In this document: positions 11,001 to 18,468 of the stretch, piece by piece
Position numbering within the stretch: position 1 is the first letter of the stretch
How the letters are laid out: every line of letters starts with the position of its first letter
From: a virus
Taxonomy: Duplodnaviria; Caudoviricetes
Virus record (IMG/VR): IMGVR_UViG_3300023174_000201
Coordinates: 1 to 55,810 of that record
Direction: 5' to 3' (one strand)
Length of the DNA stretch: 55,810 nt
Program-made: the position numbers and the translations under genes
The notes under the pieces: model-generated
Database searches by the model: none
Seen by the model: the letters and a program-made list of their open reading frames with translations, nothing else
What the model was told of the DNA's origin: nothing

Positions 11001-11462
11001 GTTTCAACTGATTTTGGATCAGAAGATAACCCCGCTGGCATTGAGAAAAATATGGATTCTAAAAATGTCACCGCTCCCGGTCAAGATTCAGACCTTTCGA
11101 CACCTCATATTCAAATCGGTAGTTCTACAAAGAATGCAACTGTTGGTTTTTGGGCTTGCCCGGAAACTCCAGCATGTCAATTTAATATTGAAGGCGGAGA
11201 TTTTGAACCCGGCGAATGCCCATATCATCATGTGCCAACCGTAGAAGCCGATGAAAATTACATGAGGCAAATTTATACAGTAAAAGAGCATCAAGAAGGG
11301 CGCAATGTTTCGTCACAAAAAACATCCGGTCAGCATTACACACCTATGCAGCAGCGTGAACTTATTGATGAGTATGGCGAAGCTCGCAATTCAGACAAAC
11401 TTAATTTAGAAGGCACTCACTATGCCGATTCAGACCCCGATTATTTTCTTTTCGGTTGCTGA
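8061..11462 (+). CDS. Large acidic, low-complexity head-associated protein with Zn-ribbon motifs
   Basis: 1133 aa; CPGC..CPEC, CPKC..CRSC and CxxxxxC..CPYH clusters; poly-Q and P/G/M-rich tracts; lies upstream of the protease and capsid genes. Confidence 0.6.
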   Translation: MDHKGPEHHYDELECPGCGAFFQQGEIQPETIRNNCPECDYDLRSSTGGRPYRGQPSPINSEMTERNNPLDGASGDRGGNPLGEGILAGLKDKMDWEEISELDEATEPAGLGETHPVKDNQWKPGDRSDRSMGRDEMLGSVRNSGEHSWSDPGDNHNQELWDQVVEDFENAKAEPHQSTNKISAAPWLDEEPDNFPVEQLGWDIVDVVEPSKELTEAANKYSMPMPEGITDNLHEALIALNAWVENPEENGKLRPYKEYWSVIRPKITQGSVQIGVEDPHMADIINHIVRTDDISSLNKMSNIQKSSFLPALLGLVPAALEAIGLGGAAAAAAEGAAAAEGASGLSELLPSAANTLKGALGKDNLAKAAPSAFGTGAGNELGGSDSGDSEDSGAAMPEAANPITEGGMTSLYMSKSATYGDEYEHPSSITRRIEDPENIDPHQRSDESNDDWAYDMLDVNEIGSTNDPRGKDDAKERIRRQFAANENSKSDENLKKAFKAFVDNIEDILSFAFSDESGADHPGILSVHDAFESAVPGYLDLASAPEDNAIIIALDDEQKKNNKNQKHAVNEFGPYSMVPRSGMPPIPDATLAPEPPKPNVVDPSTHGFDPQAGPASAAGAAAGWETQTSPNLINKTAPFTPQEQQQAQQLTQKNQQQQQQAQQKIMQQVQQKKKGSHTQGPHTDEQQNAFIEHLHEMLEAGQLDEKQVAQLEDMMFNEPSNPEVTKIWAEIANQDELFDAAPEDMAASPQEQMQGMGAPGAPAPPGGDMGMGGPPGPGGPAPGIPDMNAPTPADLNPAGPGAMQPPIMSHVRNDMLKSVFKYAADSAASVCPKCDGHTTGVVNQSSGGCECRSCGHQWDDKNLIPSDGTSTDMSTTANFYQALNFDEGPMEVMPGSVDSFSKPEELEEDDSTHTWADDNGEPLQEGQEYEIYAHNYEIPDVGRVVEVKPDSVVYEIESNGGLRTTIEIDRKEADLNGYRFVSTDFGSEDNPAGIEKNMDSKNVTAPGQDSDLSTPHIQIGSSTKNATVGFWACPETPACQFNIEGGDFEPGECPYHHVPTVEADENYMRQIYTVKEHQEGRNVSSQKTSGQHYTPMQQRELIDEYGEARNSDKLNLEGTHYADSDPDYFLFGC

Positions 11463-11495
11463 CCTTAAAAACAACTTAAATCTAAAGGATAACAA

Positions 11496-12707
11496 GTGAT
11501 GGATTATACAACCCGCATCGTTAAGTCCGCTTCAGGACTCACTCAGCATGAAGCCCTTCTTTCGCTTCAAAATCATAGTCAGTTCCAAGCTGGAACTAAA
11601 ATTGCTAGCATTCACAATCAGGGCGGTCATTGGGTTGCCAAGCTTCTTGTTCCTCGTTTTGCTAATGAAAGTAAATGCAATGTATGCAAAACAGATCTTG
11701 ATGATGGAAAATGTCCTATTTGTTCAGAGCCTACTAGTAAGAAAACTGCTACTGAGGATGTAAAACCTTGCGAGCATTGCGAGGATAAAGGCTGTCAGCA
11801 TTGCAAGAAAACTGCTAGCGGTTGGGGCGATTTTGGCGAGGGCCTTGGTCAAGCTGCTGGAATTGCAGGAGACGTACTCAGTGCCCCTATTGATGCGGCT
11901 GGTGGCGTTGCAAATTCTGTTGGTAGTTTAGCTCAAGGAGATCTTGGTGGAGCCGCTAAAGAACTTGCGGGTGGTAGCGCAGCAGCCATTGGTGACATTG
12001 GCCAAGCTGCTAACGAAGTTGCAAATGCCGCTGGTCTTCCTGCTGGTGTTACGGATGCCGCAATGCCAAATCAGCAAACAATGCAACAGGCAACTCAACA
12101 ATATGGTACTGACGCAACAGGCGCAGCGGCAGATCAAAGCATGAATAATAATTTTTATAAGCCAACTAGCGGCACTCGTAGAAGCGCCGAAGCTTTTGAA
12201 GATATTGATGAATCACCCGCCGATCTTCATGATGATATGCATGAAATGAAAGAATCCCCCTTTGAAGAAATGAAAGAGCATGAGGGCGAAGGTTCGACAG
12301 ACAAGAAAATTGCCGAACTTGAGAAGAAGATTGACCTTCTTCTTGATGCTCTTGGAATTAGCGAAAAGGGCGAAGATATGGATGAAATGCCAGAGGGTCC
12401 ATCTGCTGATCTTCCTGCCGCACCTGCTCCTAAGCGTCCAAAGGGTCCTAAAAAATCAGAGCCTCTCCCAACAGGCTCAGGCGCTAAACTTAAGCCCGGT
12501 GAGGTTCCTAATAAGCCCGGTATGACCCCTGTTGGTTCACCTGCGTTTGCTTCAGTTAAATCATTTACAGCTTCTAAAGTTGATTCTGGTCGCAACATGA
12601 GCATTAGAATGGCAAAAGCTCAACTTGAAAATTCTTACAAGGGATTTCGCGTTGCTCGCATCAAGCGAGCGGGCGACACAATTCACGCCCGTCTTGAGAA
12701 GTTCTAA
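11496..12707 (+). CDS. Head-associated hypothetical protein with CxxC clusters and a Gly/Ala-rich segment
   Basis: AAGGA SD before GTG/ATG; CNVC..CPIC and CEHC..CQHC clusters. Confidence 0.6.
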   Translation: MMDYTTRIVKSASGLTQHEALLSLQNHSQFQAGTKIASIHNQGGHWVAKLLVPRFANESKCNVCKTDLDDGKCPICSEPTSKKTATEDVKPCEHCEDKGCQHCKKTASGWGDFGEGLGQAAGIAGDVLSAPIDAAGGVANSVGSLAQGDLGGAAKELAGGSAAAIGDIGQAANEVANAAGLPAGVTDAAMPNQQTMQQATQQYGTDATGAAADQSMNNNFYKPTSGTRRSAEAFEDIDESPADLHDDMHEMKESPFEEMKEHEGEGSTDKKIAELEKKIDLLLDALGISEKGEDMDEMPEGPSADLPAAPAPKRPKGPKKSEPLPTGSGAKLKPGEVPNKPGMTPVGSPAFASVKSFTASKVDSGRNMSIRMAKAQLENSYKGFRVARIKRAGDTIHARLEKF

Positions 12708-12877
12708 TGTCTCAAGAAGAGACAATTATTAAAGAGTTTAACACTCTTCGTGGTCGCGTTCTTGGTTTAATTGAATCTTGGGGTCTTCCTGAGCGTCAAG
12801 AAAAAGGCTGCAAGGCTACCTTTAAATCATTGACTTATGACGCAGAAAAGTCAATTCGGGACATTGTAACTAAATAA
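12707..12877 (+). CDS. 56-aa hypothetical protein (MSQEETIIKEFNTLRGRVLGLIESWGLPERQEKGCKATFKSLTYDAEKSIRDIVTK), not in the ORF track
   Basis: TAATG coupling to the upstream gene; fills the intergenic gap; codon style matches neighbours. Confidence 0.7.
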   Translation: MSQEETIIKEFNTLRGRVLGLIESWGLPERQEKGCKATFKSLTYDAEKSIRDIVTK

Positions 12878-12889
12878 TTTAGTTCATCC

Positions 12890-12898
12890 CACACTTAA
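12890..12898 (+). promoter_or_regulatory. CACACTTAA, copy of the candidate late/leaderless promoter motif
   Basis: 8 nt before ATG 12907; matches the CACAGTTAA copies at 36369 and 43178. Confidence 0.45.
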
Positions 12899-12906
12899 GA
12901 GGCGAT

Positions 12907-15900
12907 ATGGCATTCACAAAATACGCCTCTTTAGAGGTTAGCAAAGTTTTAGAGATTAAGGGTTCCGCAGAGCGCGATGCCTCTGCTTCTCTTGCTAAAA
13001 TTGCTGCTTTTGAAGATTATCGTACTGAAGATGGTTATCTCTACGCTCGTATTCGTGCCATCTCTTCAAGAGTAAATAAGAATCATGACGGCTGGCCTTC
13101 AGTAGAACTTGCTGGCGGTCAGGATGTTTTTGATCGTCACACTTCTTCTACTGGCGGTTTTACTGTTAATGCCAATGCTAATGATCAATATGGATTTTCT
13201 ACTTTCATTGGCAAGCCAATCTTTGTAGATCATCATAATTCAGATCCCTCCCGTGCGCGTGGGGTTATTGTTGATGCAAAGCTTCATGTAGACGATCATA
13301 AAACTGCCGCTCAAAAAGATTCTTATTATCGTGACGCTCCTTCTAATCACACTCCCCCAACTTGGGTTGAGCTTCTTCTTGAAGTAGATGCTAAGTCATT
13401 CCCTAAGCTTGCTAAGGCAATTATTGACGGATCAAAGAATGCCAAGAATGGCATTGATGGTTTCTCAATGGGATGTTTTGTCCCCGGTACTCCAATTACG
13501 CTTGCAGATGGCACACAGAAGCCAATTGAAGCAATTGAAGTAGGAGATGAGGTTCTTACTCACACTGGTAAAACAGAGCCAGTAACATTTACTATGGTTA
13601 AGCCTCATAGTGGTTTAATTTATAATGTTAAAACCTTTGGACAGGCTTCCCCAATGCGACTTACTGAAGAGCATCCCGTTTGGACTAAGAATGGTTGGGT
13701 TGAAGCCAAAGATCTTGTTGTTGGCGATCATGTTCTTACTCCTGCTATGGAGGGCGTTGGTCACCCCGGCAATTGGGCATTTGCTCGCCTTCTTGGATAT
13801 TACCTTGCTGAAGGCAATCTTGGTTATGATAAAAAGAGATTTCCTGATGGTCGTCCAGTTAGTGTTGAATGGAATTTCCATGTAGATGAAATTGAATATG
13901 TTGAAGAAGTAAGGGCGGCATTAAATGAGCTTGGTTACAATATGGCTGGACCATATGTTAAAAATTCTTGCGCATCTATTCGCTGCAATAGCTCAGAACT
14001 TGCGGCTCGATTCTTTGAGTATGGCGGCAAGCATTCTTGGGGCAAGAAACTTCATTCAGAGGTGCTTCGTTGGGATACGGATAATCAAAGGGCGCTTCTT
14101 ACTGCATATTTTAATGGCGACGGTCATTATCGCAATGATGGTCGGAATGTAGAAGCTGGAACAGCCTCGCAAACATTGGCTCAGCAACTTCAACTTATTG
14201 CTACTAGGTGTGATATCAGAATGACACCGCCAGTTAAACAACATTCGCCATCTGCTGTTACTGCGGGCAAGCGTCCCAAGTATGTCATGCAGGCCACCCT
14301 TCTTGATCCTAAACCACAAACTTTAAATAATGCTCACATTGATGATGAAGGCCTTTGGCGCAAAATTACAGATATTTCAACAATGGAATATAATGGTAAT
14401 GTTTATAACTTTGATGTTGAGGGTGACGATTCTTATGTAGCCGCAGATATTGCCGTTCATAACTGTGACGTAGAGCGCTCTGTTTGCAATATCTGCAAGA
14501 ACTCTGCAACTACTCCTGATGAGTTTTGCAACCACGTTCGCATGAAGGGCGCTATGTGCGATTACATCGATCCTGAGACGGGTCATAAAACTTCAAAGAA
14601 ATCATATGAGGATTGCTACGGCATTAAGTTCTTTGAGATTTCAGCAGTATTTGACCCCGCCGATGAGACTGCTCTTATCCGCGAGGTTCGTTCAAATGTA
14701 AAGGAAGCCTCAATGAATAAATTTGGTCCAATGAGTGAATACGATAAGTACTTTGGCGGCGCAGGATCTGCTCAAAAGGCAAAAGATTCAATGATTGATC
14801 AGTATGGCGAAGAAAAAGGCGAAGAAGTTTTTTATGCCACAATGAACAAAAAGAAAAATCAAAAGAATGCATCTGAAGGATTTGCTCCACCAGAGTCAGT
14901 ACAAAACAATGCTCGTCGTGGTCTTGAAATGGTTGAAGCTGGCGAGGCTGGCGACGGTCTTGAATCTGCAACCAAAGGTCGTGCTCATGATATCGCTTCA
15001 GGCAAGGCTCTAAGCCTTGATCATGTTAAGCGTATGCATTCATTCTTTGAGCGTCATGATAAGACTCGCCCAGATGATGGCGGCAAAGGTAATTCACCTT
15101 GGAAAACTGCTTGGATGCTTTGGGGCGGAGACTCAGGTCGCTCTTGGGCCGAATCCGTTGTTGGCAAAGAAGTTGGTCATGATAAGAGTGAAAAAACTTC
15201 TAATGATAAGCCACAGATCACTAAAACTCGCGCTCCTGAAGAAGTGGATACTTTGCGCGAAGATAAGGTTTGCGACATTTGTGGTGAAATTATGGATGGC
15301 CCACAGTGCGACGTTTGCGGTTATGAAGCAGAGCCTGAAGGTTTTGGCGATCCTGATCTTAGCGCCGCTAAAAAACATGATGAATCAGAAGAGGAAAGTA
15401 AAGAATCTTTATCAACTTTAGACGTTGATACTAATAATTTGCCTACGCTCTCTCATGTAACAGATACCGGATGGAATACGTCCGATGTAAAAGTTGCGCA
15501 AATTAATAGAACAGAAAAACCAGTTTTGCCCGCTCGCCGCCAACCGGCTTCGAACGAGCCAAAAGATCGTGTTGTGAAGGATCAGAAAAGACCCGACACT
15601 TCATCAGTAAGAACCGCATCAGATTTTATCGCGGTTGCAACAAATCAAAAAAGGAACAATATGGAAACACATACCGCTGACGCAATGACAAGCGCACCGG
15701 CTGTTGCTAAACCCGATTATCATACTGATGTAGAGGGTACAGGCGGCGTTGGTGGAGCTTCCAATGAAGAAGCTTCCAAGGCTAACGCTCAAGTTAACCT
15801 TACCGATATTGGTGGGGTTTCTGGCGTTGGCACCGGCGATGAAAAGACAGTACAAGTTGATCAGGGCGATGAGCACTCAAAGAACATTGAAGCTATCCAT

Positions 15901-16590
15901 ACGGATACCTTTGGTCCAAATGATGGCGATTCACTTGGTCAGCAAAACCCAGTAACTGACGTAAGTAGCTATCAAGTATTTAATTCTGATAGTTTTACGC
16001 CAATTAAACATCACGAAGTTCCAGCAACAAAGTCTGCTGCTTGGGTAGTTTCTGATGTTCGCGGCACAGAGCCTTCCGATCCAATGGGCAAGGCCGATGA
16101 TCGCATCGACGTAACGGATAACAAAGGACCATATGCAATTACTACTCAGGATTCTGGCCCAACGGCTACTTTCCCAGATGGTAATAGCGCGGTTACTCGT
16201 CAAGCCGATCCAGTAGATCCTCAAAATAAGAGCTTCTATCACGATCAGAATAGTAATGAATTTTACCCAACTGGAGTTGATTCTAAGGATCACGCTTTTG
16301 GTGATGGTAATGATAGCACCGCTCATATTATGTCGGCTTTCAAACTGGCTGATACTGAGATCGAACTTGGCATTCTTGACGCTTCACAGAAGTATGCAAG
16401 AGTTGCTGAGCTTGAAAAAGCAGCGCCCGCAATTGTTGAGGCTTCACTGGCTTACGCTAATCGCGTTAAGACAGCGGGCCTTAAGAAGTCGGCGCGGACA
16501 GCTAAGAGGCTTCCGTCTCTAGTTAGGGAGGCAAGTACTGCTCCCGCAACAACTCAGGCAGAATCAGATGATTCCGCTCTGTTTATGTAA
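12907..16590 (+). CDS. Prohead maturation protease / scaffold fusion, intein-containing
   Basis: FIGKPIFVDHHN (His) and GFSMG (Ser) protease-type motifs, IKFFEISAVFDPADETA, long acidic disordered C-terminus; lies directly upstream of the decoration and capsid genes. Confidence 0.8.
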   Translation: MAFTKYASLEVSKVLEIKGSAERDASASLAKIAAFEDYRTEDGYLYARIRAISSRVNKNHDGWPSVELAGGQDVFDRHTSSTGGFTVNANANDQYGFSTFIGKPIFVDHHNSDPSRARGVIVDAKLHVDDHKTAAQKDSYYRDAPSNHTPPTWVELLLEVDAKSFPKLAKAIIDGSKNAKNGIDGFSMGCFVPGTPITLADGTQKPIEAIEVGDEVLTHTGKTEPVTFTMVKPHSGLIYNVKTFGQASPMRLTEEHPVWTKNGWVEAKDLVVGDHVLTPAMEGVGHPGNWAFARLLGYYLAEGNLGYDKKRFPDGRPVSVEWNFHVDEIEYVEEVRAALNELGYNMAGPYVKNSCASIRCNSSELAARFFEYGGKHSWGKKLHSEVLRWDTDNQRALLTAYFNGDGHYRNDGRNVEAGTASQTLAQQLQLIATRCDIRMTPPVKQHSPSAVTAGKRPKYVMQATLLDPKPQTLNNAHIDDEGLWRKITDISTMEYNGNVYNFDVEGDDSYVAADIAVHNCDVERSVCNICKNSATTPDEFCNHVRMKGAMCDYIDPETGHKTSKKSYEDCYGIKFFEISAVFDPADETALIREVRSNVKEASMNKFGPMSEYDKYFGGAGSAQKAKDSMIDQYGEEKGEEVFYATMNKKKNQKNASEGFAPPESVQNNARRGLEMVEAGEAGDGLESATKGRAHDIASGKALSLDHVKRMHSFFERHDKTRPDDGGKGNSPWKTAWMLWGGDSGRSWAESVVGKEVGHDKSEKTSNDKPQITKTRAPEEVDTLREDKVCDICGEIMDGPQCDVCGYEAEPEGFGDPDLSAAKKHDESEEESKESLSTLDVDTNNLPTLSHVTDTGWNTSDVKVAQINRTEKPVLPARRQPASNEPKDRVVKDQKRPDTSSVRTASDFIAVATNQKRNNMETHTADAMTSAPAVAKPDYHTDVEGTGGVGGASNEEASKANAQVNLTDIGGVSGVGTGDEKTVQVDQGDEHSKNIEAIHTDTFGPNDGDSLGQQNPVTDVSSYQVFNSDSFTPIKHHEVPATKSAAWVVSDVRGTEPSDPMGKADDRIDVTDNKGPYAITTQDSGPTATFPDGNSAVTRQADPVDPQNKSFYHDQNSNEFYPTGVDSKDHAFGDGNDSTAHIMSAFKLADTEIELGILDASQKYARVAELEKAAPAIVEASLAYANRVKTAGLKKSARTAKRLPSLVREASTAPATTQAESDDSALFM
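13474..14463 (+). mobile_element. Intein (330 aa) with LAGLIDADG homing endonuclease
   Basis: Block A CFVPGTPITLADG, block B LTEEHPVW, endonuclease blocks LLGYYLAEG and LLTAYFNGDG, block F VYNFDVEGDDSY, block G VHN followed by Cys as the +1 residue. Confidence 0.95.
15661..16590 (+). CDS. Putative nested in-frame scaffold protein (309 aa)
   Basis: AAAAAAGGAACAAT immediately precedes the in-frame ATG (Met919) inside the protease gene. Confidence 0.5.
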   Translation: METHTADAMTSAPAVAKPDYHTDVEGTGGVGGASNEEASKANAQVNLTDIGGVSGVGTGDEKTVQVDQGDEHSKNIEAIHTDTFGPNDGDSLGQQNPVTDVSSYQVFNSDSFTPIKHHEVPATKSAAWVVSDVRGTEPSDPMGKADDRIDVTDNKGPYAITTQDSGPTATFPDGNSAVTRQADPVDPQNKSFYHDQNSNEFYPTGVDSKDHAFGDGNDSTAHIMSAFKLADTEIELGILDASQKYARVAELEKAAPAIVEASLAYANRVKTAGLKKSARTAKRLPSLVREASTAPATTQAESDDSALFM

Positions 16591-16704
16591 AAAATAAGAG
16601 AATATTACTTTATTTTTACAACCCGCCGTCTAGAAACAATTGAAACGGCGTAGCGCCCACAAGGCGTGAAACTAAAAAATCACAAACACATAGGAAATAC
16701 AAAT

Positions 16705-17316
16705 ATGCTAAGACTAAAAAATCTAAGCAATAAGTATCAGAAGCGCACTTGTAGGCCGTTGTATGCAAATACTCAGGCTACGCCTTATGCTGCGACTCTA
16801 TACAATGTTCCGGGAACAACTGCGGGATTCCGCACTGCTGCCGGAAAGCTTCAGATTCCTACCGCAACCGTTGCAAATGGCGGTTTATCGGTAGACACTG
16901 GTAGTAGCCTCATGCCGGGCACCGTTCTTGTTCGCATTAGAGGAACTGAGCAGGTAACCGTTGCAACGGGTGCAGCTAATGAAATCCCCTTTGGCCTCCT
17001 TGCCAACTTTGTTGGTGGAGATCTTGATGAGGGTTTCTCAGGCGATTCGCTTCAAAATTCAGTTGGCGTTTGGCGTGGTCCGGACTCAGTATTTGAGATT
17101 CTTGCCCCCGCTTTTGGCACCATTACTATTGCAGATGGTCTTTCTGGTGGTACCATTGCACAAGATTACACTGGCACCTCTGACACCAATAGCAGCACGC
17201 TTTACGCTGGCACCAATGGCCTTCTTACAAACGTAAAGGGTAGCTCAACTATTGCAGTTGCTCGCCTTATTGAAAAAGTCGGTTCAAATCGTATTATCGT
17301 GGACCTCGCGGTATAA
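16705..17316 (+). CDS. Capsid decoration / minor capsid protein
   Basis: Lies between scaffold and MCP; PFGLLANFVGG and LYAGTNGLLT pattern. ATG 16705 is preferred over GTG 16666 because TAGGAAA precedes it. Confidence 0.7.
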   Translation: MLRLKNLSNKYQKRTCRPLYANTQATPYAATLYNVPGTTAGFRTAAGKLQIPTATVANGGLSVDTGSSLMPGTVLVRIRGTEQVTVATGAANEIPFGLLANFVGGDLDEGFSGDSLQNSVGVWRGPDSVFEILAPAFGTITIADGLSGGTIAQDYTGTSDTNSSTLYAGTNGLLTNVKGSSTIAVARLIEKVGSNRIIVDLAV

Positions 17317-17336
17317 GAAAGGAATATGAAAATACT

Positions 17337-18398
17337 ATGGAACTAACATCACGCAAGGCTGTTTCATCAGCCGACTACGAGGCTAAGCTTGCTAACGCAC
17401 CTAAGCTTACCAAAGAAGCAAAGGCACAGAAGCTTCAATCAATCCTAAAGGATTCATCGAACGCAATGCGCCGTATCGGTCAGGGCATGATCGGTCCCAT
17501 TCAGATTCGTCTTCGTTATGAGGGCATTACTCGTAATGTTCTTATTGAAGATACTCTTGAGCGCGGTCCCCTTATGCCTTACGACATCCTTGACGATCTG
17601 GGTAGGGCTTATATCCTTAATCAGACCGACGCGGAAGTTAAGATCACCCCATTCGAAGGCAAGCAGGCATTCCCTCAGCTTTTCCGTATCGCTACGTTCC
17701 CACGTATCCGTAAGGAAGATCTGTACTACCTTCGCGTAAACGCTGTTGAGTACGCACAGGACGAGAGCCGTCAGGCAATCCAGAAGCAGGAGGATGCCCG
17801 TCTTATCCTTCTTCTTGAGGCTGCTATTGCCGAGCTTGGCTCTGTTCGTACATCAGGCACTATCGGTTCCGGTCCTACTGGCGGCATTCAGACCGCTGGT
17901 GATGCCGCACAGGCAGCTTCTAACAAGGAGCAGACTGTTATCATCGGTGCTGGTAACCCACTTGAGCCTAGCGATTTTTACAACGCTGTTGCTCAAATTG
18001 AGACTAACCAGCTAGAAGCTCGTCGTATCCTCATTCACCCTGCGGATGCCCGTGACTTCTACAACTGGGATCTCAACGTAACTGGCTTTGAATTTAAAGA
18101 TAAGGTATTCGGTGGAGAGAAGATCACCACATTCGGTGAATTCCAGATCCAGCGTTCAATCATCGTCCCACAGGGCGAGATTTTCCTTACCGCTGAGCCT
18201 GATTACGTCGGTGTTTTCCCCGTCATGTACTCACTTGACGTTGAAGAAAATCATTCAGTTGAAACATTCTGGAAGGGTTGGGTCATGGACGAACTTGTTG
18301 GTATGATGATCCTTAACGCTCGCGGCCTCTCACGAATTGTTAAGAATGGTGCTGTACCATACGCCCCAAGCAAGCTTGACATCTCAGGCCTCGCCTGA
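17337..18398 (+). CDS. Major capsid protein (HK97 fold)
   Basis: 353 aa; IGQGMIGPIQIRLRYEG...FRIATFPRIRKEDLY...AIQKQED...KGWVMDELVGM; strongly biased codon use; AAGGA SD; strong terminator downstream. Confidence 0.9.
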   Translation: MELTSRKAVSSADYEAKLANAPKLTKEAKAQKLQSILKDSSNAMRRIGQGMIGPIQIRLRYEGITRNVLIEDTLERGPLMPYDILDDLGRAYILNQTDAEVKITPFEGKQAFPQLFRIATFPRIRKEDLYYLRVNAVEYAQDESRQAIQKQEDARLILLLEAAIAELGSVRTSGTIGSGPTGGIQTAGDAAQAASNKEQTVIIGAGNPLEPSDFYNAVAQIETNQLEARRILIHPADARDFYNWDLNVTGFEFKDKVFGGEKITTFGEFQIQRSIIVPQGEIFLTAEPDYVGVFPVMYSLDVEENHSVETFWKGWVMDELVGMMILNARGLSRIVKNGAVPYAPSKLDISGLA

Positions 18399-18421
18399 TC
18401 CTAGCTTACCTTTAGGTAAAG

Positions 18422-18450
18422 AAAAGGCCCCCAGAAATGGGGGCCTTTTT
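18422..18450. terminator. Bidirectional intrinsic terminator
   Basis: AAAAGGCCCCCA-GAAA-TGGGGGCCTTTTT between the convergent MCP and NlpC/P60 genes. Confidence 0.9.
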
Positions 18451-18468
18451 ATTTGTATTTATATTAAT

